Position numbers and translations under genes: made by a program
Assembly: GCA_028534125.1 (NCBI GenBank)
Contig: CM052816.1
Span: 90,894,001-90,958,000, forward strand
Length of the DNA: 64,000 nucleotides
Direction: 5' to 3'
Source of the DNA: Lama glama
Taxonomy: Eukaryota
Notes under the pieces: model-generated
What the model saw: the letters and a program-made list of their open reading frames with translations, nothing else
Databases searched by the model: none
What the model was told of the DNA's origin: nothing
Shown: one piece after another, positions 41,172-52,453 of the stretch
Layout of the letters: the number at the start of each line of letters is the position of its first letter
Numbering within the stretch: the first letter of the stretch is position 1

Positions 41172-41742
41172 GTATTTCTCCGTCGGGTTGCTTGTTTCTG
41201 ACTAATAGGATTCACTTTCTTCACTGAGCTTCTTATTTAAGGAGGAGTTAAAACTCAGGGCTCCCTCTCCTCTTTTTCTTAACCTCGCTTTCACGATGCC
41301 TCAGGGAAAAGTCGCCACGTGCACAGAGCGGTTTGTCCTTGCACGGGCCAGGTTTGAGTGGTGACGGAGTGGCTGAGGAGCATTCTGTGGTCACCTCCTC
41401 CGGGCCAGCCCTTAACTAGCTGTATGGAGGCCTCGTTACCAGCCCGAGTGTCAGCCTCCGGCCCCCTGGCGTGAGGGCTTAGCAGGGGATGAGCGAGCCC
41501 TGTTTTGCCGTCAGCTCTTTGGAGGCACCACGTGAACAGAATGGCATTTTTGTAGCCTCTCACATGACAGAAGTTCAGTGATAAATCCACAACAGTGAGC
41601 CTCGGAGCTCTGAGAGAGGCCGCGGTGAGGTACCCTCTGAAATTCTAATCAAAATCTGTGACTTCCCCGGTGTATCATGGGTGCCTTAGAAGATTTCTAA
41701 AGCCAAGAGGGACTTTACAGGCCCTATTATTTAGAAATTAGT

Positions 41743-42142
41743 CCAGGAGTCAGCAGACTCCCACCTAAGGTCTGTATCCCAGGCTACTCTGGTTGTTTTT
41801 GTCTTTGTTTTTGTTTTGCCTTCAAAGTTTGTTTTTTTAAATCACAGTAGAAGACACATGATGTGAAATGTGTGACTTCAAACGTTTTTCAGTGTCTAGC
41901 TTCGTGGCATTAAGTGCTTTCACATTGTCATGCAGCCGTCACCACTGTGCATCTCTAGAACTTTCTCATCCTCCTCCTGCAGCCTGTTTCTTCTAAATAA
42001 AACTTGGTAGGAACACAGACCCGCTCATTTATCTGAGTAGTGTTTACCGCTGCTTTCGAGCTATGGTGGCAGAGATCCCCTTGGCCCGCAAAGCCAAAAA
42101 TACTTATTATCTGGTCCTTTACAGAAAAAGATGTCTGACCAC
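41743..42142. mobile_element. MER58-like element interrupted by an antisense L1MB-like fragment (about 41830-41978)
   Basis: MER58 segments (aaataaaacttggtaggaacacag...ggcccgcaaagccaaaaatacttattatctggtcctttacagaaaaag) flank L1-type ggcattaagtgctttcacattgtcatgcagccgtcaccact...ctagaactttctcatc. Confidence 0.65.
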
Positions 42143-42569
42143 GTGTTACAGTTGGAGAAGACCCAGGGAGGTTGTGTGGGTTCCCACAACAAATGGGGCA
42201 AATTTCCAGGACTGGGACTTTTCTAGTTCCTGGAATTCGATTGAAGGCTTTTTTCTGGGCAGCCCCTGGTTCGTGGATTTAAGCTGCTTTGTGCGGGGCC
42301 CACCCACGGGGGTCTCCCTGACTCAGTGTTAGCATCCAGAGCCCACCCAGCATGCCGCGAGATCTCCTTTGAAATGGACACGAGTTATAAACCCATTTCA
42401 GCAAGTGCTGGGGAAATCGAGCCCTTCTGCACACAAACATAATCGCCGTCGGTCCTTTTTGATTTCCAGTTTCTCTTGCTGTTGTGTATTTTGCCAGGGG
42501 TGAGGAATGTCGCCGCCGAGTTTAGAGCCTCCCCAGTTAACACCCACGCTGTCCTCATTTCTTTCCCAG

Positions 42570-42694
42570 CCCCATCATGGAAGCCTTCGGCAACGCCAAG
42601 ACCGTGTACAACAACAACTCCAGTCGCTTCGGGAAGTTCGTGCAGCTGAACATCTGCCAGAAGGGAAACATTCAGGGTGGGAGGATTGTGGATT
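42570..42694 (+). CDS. MYO10: MYO10 coding exon 6 (125 nt), switch [42 protein letters not shown](Y)
   Basis: ttcccag|C acceptor; donor T|gtatcctg is U12-type; phase 2/1. Confidence 0.95.
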
Positions 42695-43175
42695 GTATCC
42701 TGTTTCATTTAGTTTTTGTCTAGAGTGTTTGACTCTGTAACTAGAAACTGGTCTTGCTTATCCTGAGGACAATGCAAAACACTTCTTTCTGGTTCTACCT
42801 CGTTACTGCTCCAGTATGACTGTGCTGGACCTGTTACTCATTCTGGGAGATAAGAAACCATCTGTCTTTTGGGAATCTCTGACATCATGTCCCGAATTTG
42901 AAAAACTGGGCTCCTCATCCAACATCAGATATTTGTTGTTTGAAATCAATTCTGTCAAATAGAGTTTGATATCTCCAAGTCACTATGTGTCATTTTTGGA
43001 ATTGGATTTAGATGAAATAGTCTGTGTTTTGTTTATCTTTTGGCACTGAAGTCTCAGTGTCCAAGAAGCAGGGAACTGTAATTATTTGGGTAACAAAGAA
43101 TGCAAAACTGAAGACCAATGGAGTGTCCCGCATCCTTGTTTTACTCCTTGACTTGCCATTGCTTTTCACATGAAG
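42695..43175 (+). other. MYO10: U12-type (minor spliceosome) GT-AG intron 6 of MYO10
   Basis: 5' splice site GTATCCTG (U12 consensus RTATCCTT); branch site TCCTTGAC at 43145-43152 (consensus TCCTTRAC), branch A 24 nt before the 3' AG; no long polypyrimidine tract. Confidence 0.9.
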
Positions 43176-43189
43176 ATTTATTAGAAAAA
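43176..43189 (+). CDS. MYO10: MYO10 coding microexon 7 (14 nt, ATTTATTAGAAAAA): (Y)LLEK
   Basis: gaag|ATTTATTAGAAAAA|gtaagt; supplies the conserved myosin YLLEK motif and converts phase 1 to phase 0 as required. Confidence 0.93.
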
Positions 43190-43308
43190 GTAAGTAAATG
43201 TGATGGAATTCACATTGTCTTTCACAGTAACAGTTTTCACCAATTACTGGTTTGTGTCCATTCAACAGAGGAAACTTCTCTGAACAGAAATCTGATTTGT
43301 CTTCATAG

Positions 43309-43393
43309 AACCGAGTAGTAAGGCAAAATCCGGGGGAGAGGAATTATCACATATTCTACGCGCTGCTGGCAGGGCTAGAACACGCAGAGAGAG
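43309..43393 (+). CDS. MYO10: MYO10 coding exon 8 (85 nt): NRVVRQNPGERNYHIFYALLAGLEHAER(E)
   Basis: ttcatag|AAC acceptor and G|gtgagt donor; ERNYHIFY motif; phase 0/1. Confidence 0.96.
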
Positions 43394-43978
43394 GTGAGTG
43401 GATGGGACAGCAGCAGAGACGTACTTGCTAGCGAAGCAACTCATTTTCCCTTTAAAGACCATCTATGGACGAGAAGACCTCTGTTTGGACTTTGTTGATG
43501 CTCCACCAATTGACAGGAAATGTATCAGAAGAACCAAAAGATGTCAAGTTCATTTTAGAGCCAGATAAGGTAGAGAGAAAATCGTCAGTAGAGAAATCCT
43601 GAATTCTTTTGTTTCTTTCAAAATCTTAGTTCTTTTCTGTTTAAGGGATACTTGTGAAAATTGTGTAATGTATTACTTTTAAACCACACCCAGATAAAGC
43701 TAATTTCTAAACATCTGAGTTTTTAATGAAGACAATCAAAACAGGACCCTCAGCAATTCCTTTTTTCAGTAAATGTTTCCTTCCATCCCATCTAATTAAT
43801 TAGATTCTATTTTCTCCCTAGACGTTGTTTAACACAGAACTTTATCTGAACGGTGGGCTGTTAGGAGCCCAGAATTATTTTTGTACTTTTCACTTTGCAA
43901 CTTTCAAAAATAAACTCTTTTGAATTCTGTCTTGGCCAGTCAAGTACTGATGTTACGTTTTTCTTTTTCCTTTTGTAG

Positions 43979-44082
43979 AAGAATTTTATTTATCTGTGCC
44001 AGAAAACTACCACTACTTGAATCAATCTGGATGTGTTGGAGACAAGACAATCAATGACCAGGAATCCTTCAGGGAAGTCATT
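43979..44082 (+). CDS. MYO10: MYO10 coding exon 9 (104 nt): (E)EFYLSVPENYHYLNQSGCVGDKTINDQESFREVI
   Basis: ttttgtag|AA acceptor and ATT|gtaagt donor; YHYLNQ motif; phase 1/0. Confidence 0.95.
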
Positions 44083-44127
44083 GTAAGTTACTTTCCTGTC
44101 TTCCTTTATTAAGAGAGACCACCCCAA

Positions 44128-44290
44128 GGGATGGAATTGTTAGGTGTCCTGTTTGTGGTCATGGTTTCATAGGTGTATACACCTGTCAAAATTCATCTGA
44201 TTGTATGTCTGAAATATGTATAGTTTACTGTACAGAAATTATACCACAAAAAAATCGTTAAAAGAAATGATACCACAATAAAGTTGTTTT
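44128..44290 (+). mobile_element. L1M 3' terminal fragment
   Basis: ggtttcataggtgtatacacctgtcaaaattcatctgattgta...tttactgtacagaaattataccac followed by an A-rich tail. Confidence 0.7.
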
Positions 44291-45246
44291 AGGGGAAAAA
44301 AGAATGAAACTACCCCCCCCAAAAGTGACAGCTTTCATTTTCTGTTTCAAAAAAAATTAATAAAAAAGGAAATGAGCACATTTGTACCTCTGTGCAAGAG
44401 CAGATACTTTCTTCTTGTTTGAAGTCATGATAAAGACAGTTCCAGACTGGAAGGGAAACCTCTCTCTAGAAGATGGGTGGACATCTGACATTCAGGAGGG
44501 ACGGTTGGTTGGCGTTCAGAAAAACAAAACAAAAATCACGACCTTGGTACAGGAGCAAGCAGATTCTTTGTTTTGAGGCTTACAGTTAAAATTCTTTTTG
44601 AATAACTGGTTTTACGGTTAAAAACAAATCTGTCAAAGTTAGACGAGGTGACTGCTAGGATCTCATCCTGTTCTCATAGGAACCAGTTCCGGTTGCACAG
44701 TTGTCATCCTAAGACTGTGAGGTATGGACCCGAGTGGTCTCCTGCAGTTCTTGAACATCACGGGAACTTTGTTGTGAGGTGACTGCATTTAGGAAGCCTG
44801 CTCAGTGAGCGTTATTAACAGCCCCACCTGGTAGATGTCGTCAGCGTGGTCTCAGTTATTACCGGAGTCGTTACTTCCACAGTTGGAACCAGCGGGTCTA
44901 GAGTTGACTCATCGTAAATGTAGCTAACGCTGACTGAGTGCTTACCATGCGGACTTGCCATCTCTCTGCTTCTAACAACCCTGTGAGGTTAGAAGCTAGG
45001 GTTGTCTGTGTTCTGTGACTCAGAGAGGTTGGTAACCAGCATAGCCACACACAGCACCTGGAGATCTAAACACTGTCTAACTCCAAATCCCAGACTCTAA
45101 TCAGAAGGCAGGCAGTGTCTGCTTTCAGTGCAACCCAGATTTGTCTTCCCTGGTTGTTGTTGACAGCTCTGTCCCATATCCCTATCGACTCTTCTAGATT
45201 GTTCATAAGGATGCCTTGTGGAATGGAATCGAAGTATATATATATA

Positions 45247-45635
45247 ATTTTTATTGCAGTATAGTCAATTTACAATGTTGTGTCAGTTTCTGGTGTATAG
45301 CACAATGCTTCAGCCATACATAAACATACACATACTCATTTTCATATTCTTTTTCACCGTAAGTTACTACAAGATATTGAATATAGCTCCCTGTGCTATA
45401 CAGTATAAACTTGTTGTTTATCTATGTTATGTATAGTAGCTGTATCTGCAATTCTTAAACTCCCAGTGTATCCCTTCCCACCCTCTTCCCCGCCTGGTAA
45501 CCATAAGTTTGTTTTCTATGTCTGTGTGTCTGTTTCTGTTTTGTAAATACATTCGTTTGTCTTTTTTTCTTTTTTTTTTTTTTTTTAGATTCTACATATA
45601 GGTGATATTGTATGGTATTTTTCTTTCTCTTTCTG
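45247..45635 (-). mobile_element. Young camelid-type L1 3' end
   Basis: tttattgcagtatagtcaatttacaatgttgtgtcagtttctggtg...ggtaaccataagtttgttttctatgtctgtg...ttagattctacatat; aagtatat on both sides is a possible TSD. Confidence 0.88.
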
Positions 45636-47499
45636 CAAAGTATATTTTTAAATGGATATATGTCACACATCATTTCCTCACATCTCATGTATATACCCTT
45701 AAATTGAGAATGAAATTAAAACGAGATTAGCTGTAATACCATGATCATCTTCCCCTCGGCCTTCCTTTTAAAGATGTCGCATCCTGGCATTCATAATGTA
45801 GAAGCGTTTCTCCGCCACCTCTCCTTCCTTCAACCTGTTAACAGAAAGCCTGCTGCGGACAGCTGCTTTGGCTGTGCGCCTGTTCTAGGTGGCATGGGAT
45901 TTAGCCCTGCAAACTGGATTTTATGAAATGTTGAAATATTTTCAATTTTCTCTCTCGATTTTATTTTGGTGTCTTTGACTTCTCTCACTACACAAGCTTT
46001 CTCCATGCACGATGCTTTGTGATAGGAGGTGGCTATTTCTGGTGACAGACTTCTAATTATCCAAGTTATAGGGTCACTGCAGACCCAGAATGCTTAGCTC
46101 ACTGGCCACCAGGACGCCCTGGCCAGCAAGGGTTTCCTCGTCCTGGGAGAGGCTGGGGAGGGGACTCCGTGGCTTCCCCTGCTTCCCTCTTGGTACTTAG
46201 TTTTTCAATTCAGAATTGTTTGCTTTTTCTGTTAGCTATAGGGAAATGCTGGGAGCTTGGCCTGAGTTTCAGTGATTGCTAGCTTTTATTTTTAAATTGA
46301 AATGAAAGATTTCTGGCATTTGAAATGTGGTCCCTTTTGTACCTTAAATTTGCCCCTCGTCTCGGTTTGTTTCTAGTGTGACAAGCTTAACTTCCTTCCA
46401 TCCTCCCTGGTGGGGAGTGTATCACCTGTATCACCTGTTTGTCCTCTTCCCCCACCCCCTACGCACACGCTTGCACTGGTTTTATGTGCTGAATAAAGAC
46501 TTGATTGAAAATGTTCTGTGTGACTCTGTGCCAGTTTTGTAACTAAAGTGCTATCACCAAGTGCTGCTTAGCCCCTCTGAACTATGCTGAGAATTTCCCA
46601 GAGTCTTTTAAGTCTTGAGCCGTATTGTTGAAAAAAATAAGATAATTATAAAGAGGCTTAAAGTGGCTACTCTTGCCAAAGCGGTGGAGATTGCTACTAA
46701 AAAGACTGTAAATAGGACAGAAGACAGTGAATGGAGGCTCCTGGTAGCAGTTTTAGTGCCCACACTGGTGATAAATTGGTTGCAGCCGTTAAATTACCCC
46801 ATGGTGTGATTCATAATGTACTTACCACCCCAGTCCTAACTAATTAACTAGTTCACTTAGGGGTAAACTTGAGAGTGAAGAAATCATGAATTTGCATAAA
46901 GAAGTCATGCTATTTGTATATAGTAAGCACATTTTATTCATTGGCTTTCACATCTCCACATGTAGTCATTGTGTTTTCAGAATTTACCCAAGAATTTTTT
47001 CACGGAGCATCTTTTGATCTTTTTCACTTGACAGTTTGAAATTTTCTGCTCCTGTGAACTTACTTGTTGAAGATCTCATTTCTTTACTGTAAAGTCTAGG
47101 TCGGTGACTGAAACAGTGAAGATGTTCGTTTCTGTGGTCATTCTCAGATGAGCTTACAAAATTTTTATAAATTAGTGTTGAACCAGTCTTGGAATACGTA
47201 AGGAAAACTTTAATTATAGAAAGGGAAAAGACTAAATTTTGTACAGCACAGGTGCTTTGTAATTATTTTGCTGTTGTCTGGTTTGGTCCTTCACCCTGTT
47301 TTAAAAGTCTTGAGCATAATAAATATTCTGTACTTCTTAGCCATATTTCTTTGCTTCTAGAATAAAAAAATTTGAGTACTTTTTTTCCCATAAGCTTTTT
47401 AAAATTGATAATCACTTGACTAATAGTTCTTATTCTTTGCAGCATTTCCGTCTGTACCCATGAAATGATAGCCTTCTGTCCCTTAATGAAATAATTCAT

Positions 47500-47895
47500 G
47501 GTCTTTTTATTTCTTGTAGCCAACTTGATTGAGTTATAATGTCCATATAATAAGATGCTGTCCTATAAAGTATATAAAGTGAATTTTGAATTTACACACC
47601 CATGTACCCACAACCATAGTCAAACTAAAGGACGGTTACACACCCTGAAAGTTTCTTGTCCCCCTTCCTAGACAAGCCCAGCCTCCTACCCCTACCCCTG
47701 GGAAACCACTGATCTGCCTTCAGCCCCTACAGTGTAGATTTGTCTTTTCTAGAATTTCCTGTAAATGAAATCATACAAAATCTATTCTCCTGCGTCTAGC
47801 TTCCTTTCATACAAACCGCACATAACACACATTTATTTTTATGGAGAGTAGAATTCCATTGAATAGACAACAATTTATTTATCCATTCTCCCAGT
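47500..47895 (-). mobile_element. Old L1M fragment
   Basis: cacccatgtacccacaacc...ggaaaccactgatctgcctt...tttctagaatttcctgtaaatgaaatcataca...ttatttatccattctcc. Confidence 0.75.
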
Positions 47896-49012
47896 AATAG
47901 TCTCATCTGTTGTAGTAGAAATATGTCAACAACATTAAAAGACGTGACAGAATGTAGTGTTCATTGGCCTCTCGGCACTAACATTGCAGCTCTATTCAGT
48001 TCTGTAAATTTTCTTCCCGGCCTGATTTTCCTGAAAAATGAGTTACAAAAATATAATTTTTTACTTAAAGCTGTCAGAAATGCAGTCGTTTCTATATGAT
48101 GTTCGTAATTTCCTTTAAAAACTACACACTATTCTAACAAGTTGATTTACTATATTTGACTTGTCTATAGGATAGCAAGAATTTTTTCTCTGAAAGTGTT
48201 AAGATAACACTGGAGTGAATATTTTACAAAACTTTGTGGCCCTTTGAGCTCTTCCTTGAAACAAGTTTCCAGCATAGAAGTTAAGGGAGATTGTGTAGAA
48301 GATTGGTTTTGTGTGTGTGTGTGTCTGTGTCCTTAGAAAGTCACAGAGGTAGGTGGGTAATAAGTTCCCAGACTTTGGGTTCGTCGGGCCTGACTTTGAA
48401 TCTTGGTTGTGTTAACGCTGAGAAAGTTACTTAGCCTCTCTGAAGGCTGTAAGGTTATGTACCTGGGTGGCCTGGCACACTGCTGCCCCACAGTCTTGTT
48501 TTCCAGAAAGATTACACTAATTTATAGTACCAGTGACCAGAGCATAAATACCCCAGTTTCACCCATTTTAGGTTTATCATTCAGAAAATTTTTGCTAGCT
48601 TGATAGAAGGTATCTCATTTTCTTTAATTTGCGCATGTTTGATTTCCAGGAAGGAAAACATTTCTCTCTGGGTTTGCGTTTCCTCTCACAAGAAGTGCCT
48701 ACTTTGTTTTTGTCACTCAAATGTCTCTTAATATAGCCATGGCCCCTTGCCTTGCCATTTTTTAATTCTGCTTCCCTGTCTATTATTTTTGCCCTTTGTT
48801 TCTGGCTTTACTGTTTTTTTTTTTTCCCCTTGTAAAGAAATTAAACTTTTCACATTTTAAAACCTGCAGTTGTTTCCTTTTTGCAGTTTCTGTGCCTCAG
48901 AGTTCTGTGAGGCTTCCTCCTTCCCTGGCTCCTGTGGTCCTTGTAGTGTGATGGGTCCCAGATCTCTTTGTAGGTTATCTTCATCAGTATCGCCAGCAAT
49001 TCCATCCTCAGT

Positions 49013-49037
49013 TGTGTGTGTGTGTGTGTGTGTGTGT
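49013..49037. repeat. (TG)n microsatellite truncated by the assembly gap
   Basis: TG run directly abuts the N block. Confidence 0.9.
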
Positions 49038-49537
49038 NNNNNNNNNNNNNNNNNNNNNNNNNNNNNNNNNNNNNNNNNNNNNNNNNNNNNNNNNNNNNNN
49101 NNNNNNNNNNNNNNNNNNNNNNNNNNNNNNNNNNNNNNNNNNNNNNNNNNNNNNNNNNNNNNNNNNNNNNNNNNNNNNNNNNNNNNNNNNNNNNNNNNNN
49201 NNNNNNNNNNNNNNNNNNNNNNNNNNNNNNNNNNNNNNNNNNNNNNNNNNNNNNNNNNNNNNNNNNNNNNNNNNNNNNNNNNNNNNNNNNNNNNNNNNNN
49301 NNNNNNNNNNNNNNNNNNNNNNNNNNNNNNNNNNNNNNNNNNNNNNNNNNNNNNNNNNNNNNNNNNNNNNNNNNNNNNNNNNNNNNNNNNNNNNNNNNNN
49401 NNNNNNNNNNNNNNNNNNNNNNNNNNNNNNNNNNNNNNNNNNNNNNNNNNNNNNNNNNNNNNNNNNNNNNNNNNNNNNNNNNNNNNNNNNNNNNNNNNNN
49501 NNNNNNNNNNNNNNNNNNNNNNNNNNNNNNNNNNNNN
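49038..49537. other. Assembly gap (500 N), probably hiding MYO10 exon 10
   Basis: Exactly 500 N next to a (TG)n tract; exon 9 ends in phase 0 but exon 11 starts in phase 1. Confidence 0.95.
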
Positions 49538-49610
49538 TGTGAAGTTGGCTTTGCACCCGTTCGGGGTCCCACGGCTGTGTGTTCACTTCAGCTTTGTCCT
49601 TCCTTCCCAG

Positions 49611-49729
49611 CCTTGGGCAGGTCTGCAGAGTTACTTGGGCTGGACCCGGCACAGCTCACGGATGCCTTGACCCAGAGATCTATGTTCCTCCGCGGGGAGG
49701 AGATCCTGACGCCTCTCAACGTTCAGCAG
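49611..49729 (+). CDS. MYO10: MYO10 coding exon 11 (119 nt): (A)LGRSAELLGLDPAQLTDALTQRSMFLRGEEILTPLNVQQ
   Basis: ccttcccag|CC acceptor and CAG|gtgcgc donor; phase 1/0; cardiomyopathy-loop region with an acidic residue at the TEDS position. Confidence 0.95.
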
Positions 49730-49919
49730 GTGCGCACGTGTGTGGCCCTCAGAGTGACTATTAAAAACACTCCTGAATCTGCCGATCTGGGGCTTTGATT
49801 CGAATAAGTAACTACAGTGAACCATTCGGATGAGTGGTTCATGGTGAAAATAAAGAAGAGATGCACATTGAGGGGAACAGACAGAGCTGTTCTGTGGTCT
49901 TCTTAGGGACGATGGAGCA

Positions 49920-50095
49920 GAGTCTGTAAGAGGATTGGATCTGACGGAGATTCCCCTGAGTCTGAGTCCTGACCCTTCCACTTACTGTATGCATATTTCT
50001 TGGGAAATTTATTTACTGTATCTCAGTTTCCTCCTCTGTAAGAGAAGGATAATTAGCATGCCTAATTCATTGGATTCTTATAAGGATGATGATAA
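49920..50095 (+). mobile_element. MIR SINE
   Basis: gagtctgagtcctgacccttccacttactg...tctcagtttcctcctctgtaagagaaggataattagcatgcct. Confidence 0.7.
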
Positions 50096-50787
50096 AAAGA
50101 ATGGGCGTTCTTGCTCTCCCATCTTTAAAATAAGGTGCTTTCATTTTGCACTCTAACTGAAGAGTTACTTACTTTTATTACCCAATTACAATTTCGGAAA
50201 AAAAATGTACTAAGTACTTAATGATGGATGCAGAGTAAGGATTAAATAAGAATTAGCTATTTGGTAATTATTCTGAATGAAAGCAACGCTACAGTGTGTT
50301 GTTTTTCTTATTTTTGCCTCTACTGCTGCCTTGAGCCGGTTATATGTGCTAGCCCATCTAGTGTTTCTTGGCTGGATAAGTAAAATTGCTAACCATACCC
50401 TGAAGAAAACTTCCATGTGTACAAAGTAGTCTATGAGAGGAAGATAAGGAGCAGGGTCAGGTCTTAATTACTGTTTTCAACCTGATAGAATTTGTAGCTG
50501 TGTATAGTGGTTCAGATTCTTTCTTGTAACTCAAGATGTAAAGCTGAATTTGAAAGCCTGACACTTAGAGGGACTCTTGGTGAACCCTGCTGAGAGGTCA
50601 GTAAGCAAGCTCCAGGTCACCCTTTCTTGAGACAGCTGGGTTTTCCTGGATGGCGTTGATTGACTGAACATCGGGCGCGCGGCTGTCAAGCAGGCGTGTC
50701 TCCTGGGCGGGCGGGGCAGGGCTGGGCTTCCCGCCTGGGCTGAGAGTGGCCATCTGGGAGCCGTGACCTGGGGTCCACTCCCCGCAG

Positions 50788-50934
50788 GCGGTGGACAGCA
50801 GAGACTCCTTGGCCATGGCTCTTTACGCCCGCTGCTTCGAGTGGGTGATCAAGAAGATCAACAGTAGGATCAAGGGCAAGGATGACTTCAAGTCTATCGG
50901 CATCCTCGACATCTTCGGATTCGAAAACTTTGAG
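50788..50934 (+). CDS. MYO10: MYO10 coding exon 12 (147 nt), switch II: AVDSRDSLAMALYARCFEWVIKKINSRIKGKDDFKSIGILDIFGFENFE
   Basis: cccgcag|GCG acceptor and GAG|gtatgc donor; DIFGFE motif; phase 0/0. Confidence 0.97.
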
Positions 50935-51084
50935 GTATGCTTCTGAAGAGTGGGGGAATCTTAAACAAATCTCTTTAAATAAATATTGATATTTTTCTCT
51001 GCAGATTTTTTGACACCTTTTCTTGACCTTTAGATGAAATAATGAGGGTACTAACGATATTTGTTGGATGGTTTCCCCACTTAG

Positions 51085-51185
51085 GTTAATCACTTTGAGC
51101 AGTTCAATATAAACTATGCAAATGAGAAACTTCAGGAATATTTCAACAAGCATATTTTTTCTTTAGAACAACTGGAATATAACAG
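51085..51185 (+). CDS. MYO10: MYO10 coding exon 13 (101 nt), relay helix: [33 protein letters not shown](R)
   Basis: cacttag|GTT acceptor and AG|gtaagt donor; [14 protein letters not shown] motif; phase 0/2. Confidence 0.97.
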
Positions 51186-51225
51186 GTAAGTACTTACCGA
51201 ATTGCATTTCCAAAAATTTTTTAGA

Positions 51226-51309
51226 GGGGTGGGTATAGCTCAGTGGTAGGGAGCATGCTTAGCATGCACGAGGTTTTGGGTTCAATCCCCAGCACCTCCA
51301 TTAAAAAAA
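51226..51309 (+). mobile_element. tRNA-Ala-derived SINE (Vic-1-like), short copy in intron 13
   Basis: ggggtgggtatagctcagtggtag (A box)...cttagcatgcacgagg..gggttcaatcccc (B box) agcacctcca followed by an A tail. Confidence 0.88.
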
Positions 51310-51394
51310 TTAATTTTTTTTAACCAACCACTAAATTGGATAATTTTAAAGCTATATTTTACTGCAATTTGGCCTTTTTTAAATCTTTCTACAG

Positions 51395-51461
51395 AGAAGG
51401 CTTAGTGTGGGAAGATATTGACTGGATTGACAATGGAGAATGCCTGGACTTGATTGAGAAG
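51395..51461 (+). CDS. MYO10: MYO10 coding exon 14 (67 nt): (R)EGLVWEDIDWIDNGECLDLIEK
   Basis: ttctacag|A acceptor and AAG|gtaata donor; phase 2/0. Confidence 0.96.
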
Positions 51462-51942
51462 GTAATACACTGTTGGAGAATTGTTAACAGTCCCAGGGGT
51501 GTCCAGCTGGGCTGATTCATGTTTATGGGAACAAAATAGCTTGTACGAACACGCACATCAAAGATGTGAATGTTTAGAACACAATGGACCATTTGGAAAC
51601 ATAAATGTGAATGTGCAAGGATGAATTTAAATACTTGGCTGCTTCAAACCCCATTGTCTCATTGAAGCCAGTATTTTAAGAGTCAATGGTGGCTTCGCGT
51701 AGCATCAAGAGCTTTGCAGTACCAAGAATAGATTGGCCAGTTGTAAAACTTTTGTCCACCAGGTTGCAGTGTATTCAGTTTTTTTAATATGGAATTAATT
51801 GAATTCTTTTATGGTGTATCACTATGAATTTTTCAATCCAAGAAATTCTTTGATAGATAGTAGAAAGGAAAGGAGTTGTGAAATTATTTAGAGGCAGACA
51901 TTCAACGTTTAATTCACATTTAACCTTTTTCCTCTCTTCCAG

Positions 51943-52035
51943 AAACTTGGTCTCCTAGCTCTTATCAATGAAGAAAGCCATTTTCCTCAAGCCACGGACG
52001 GCACCTTATTGGAGAAGTTACACACCCAACATGCT
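51943..52035 (+). CDS. MYO10: MYO10 coding exon 15 (93 nt): KLGLLALINEESHFPQATDGTLLEKLHTQHA
   Basis: cttccag|AAA acceptor and GCT|gtatgt donor; phase 0/0. Confidence 0.96.
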
Positions 52036-52453
52036 GTATGTCAAAACCTGCCCTTTCCTCATGGTGTCTGAGCGGCAGATCTGCGGTCTAAGATGATGTG
52101 CACTTATTTCAGTGCTTCTGGCCCCACTCTGCCTCCCACATTGAATTTTTTTCCTCAGACGAAAGCGCTTCACCAGTTGATAGAGCTAAATTCAAATGAG
52201 CCAAAGGCATAGATTTGGGGCCACTTCTCAGAATATGCCCAAGTTTAGTTTGAGTATAAAATTTGACATTTTTAGCCTAGTGTACTGACAACAGACCAGA
52301 GTTACATGGTCTTGATGAAGTGCATCGCAGGATGTGTCCTCAACCTCTGAAACTCAGCAGGTTTTGAAATTGTTTTCACTGTCAGTGATAGTTAATTTTC
52401 TCTGGAAATCAATGGAAATCATCAGTGAGTGAAATTAGGCATTTGTATTTGTT

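Noticed and set aside
48850..49798. Long ORFs containing X runs
   Set aside because: Artefacts of translating through the 500-N gap; only 49611-49729 is real coding sequence.
51226..51300. Apparent tRNA-Ala(AGC) gene (also at 56606-56681)
   Set aside because: Extra 5' bases, stem mismatches, A-rich tails, TSDs and several dispersed copies indicate tRNA-derived SINEs, not functional tRNA genes.
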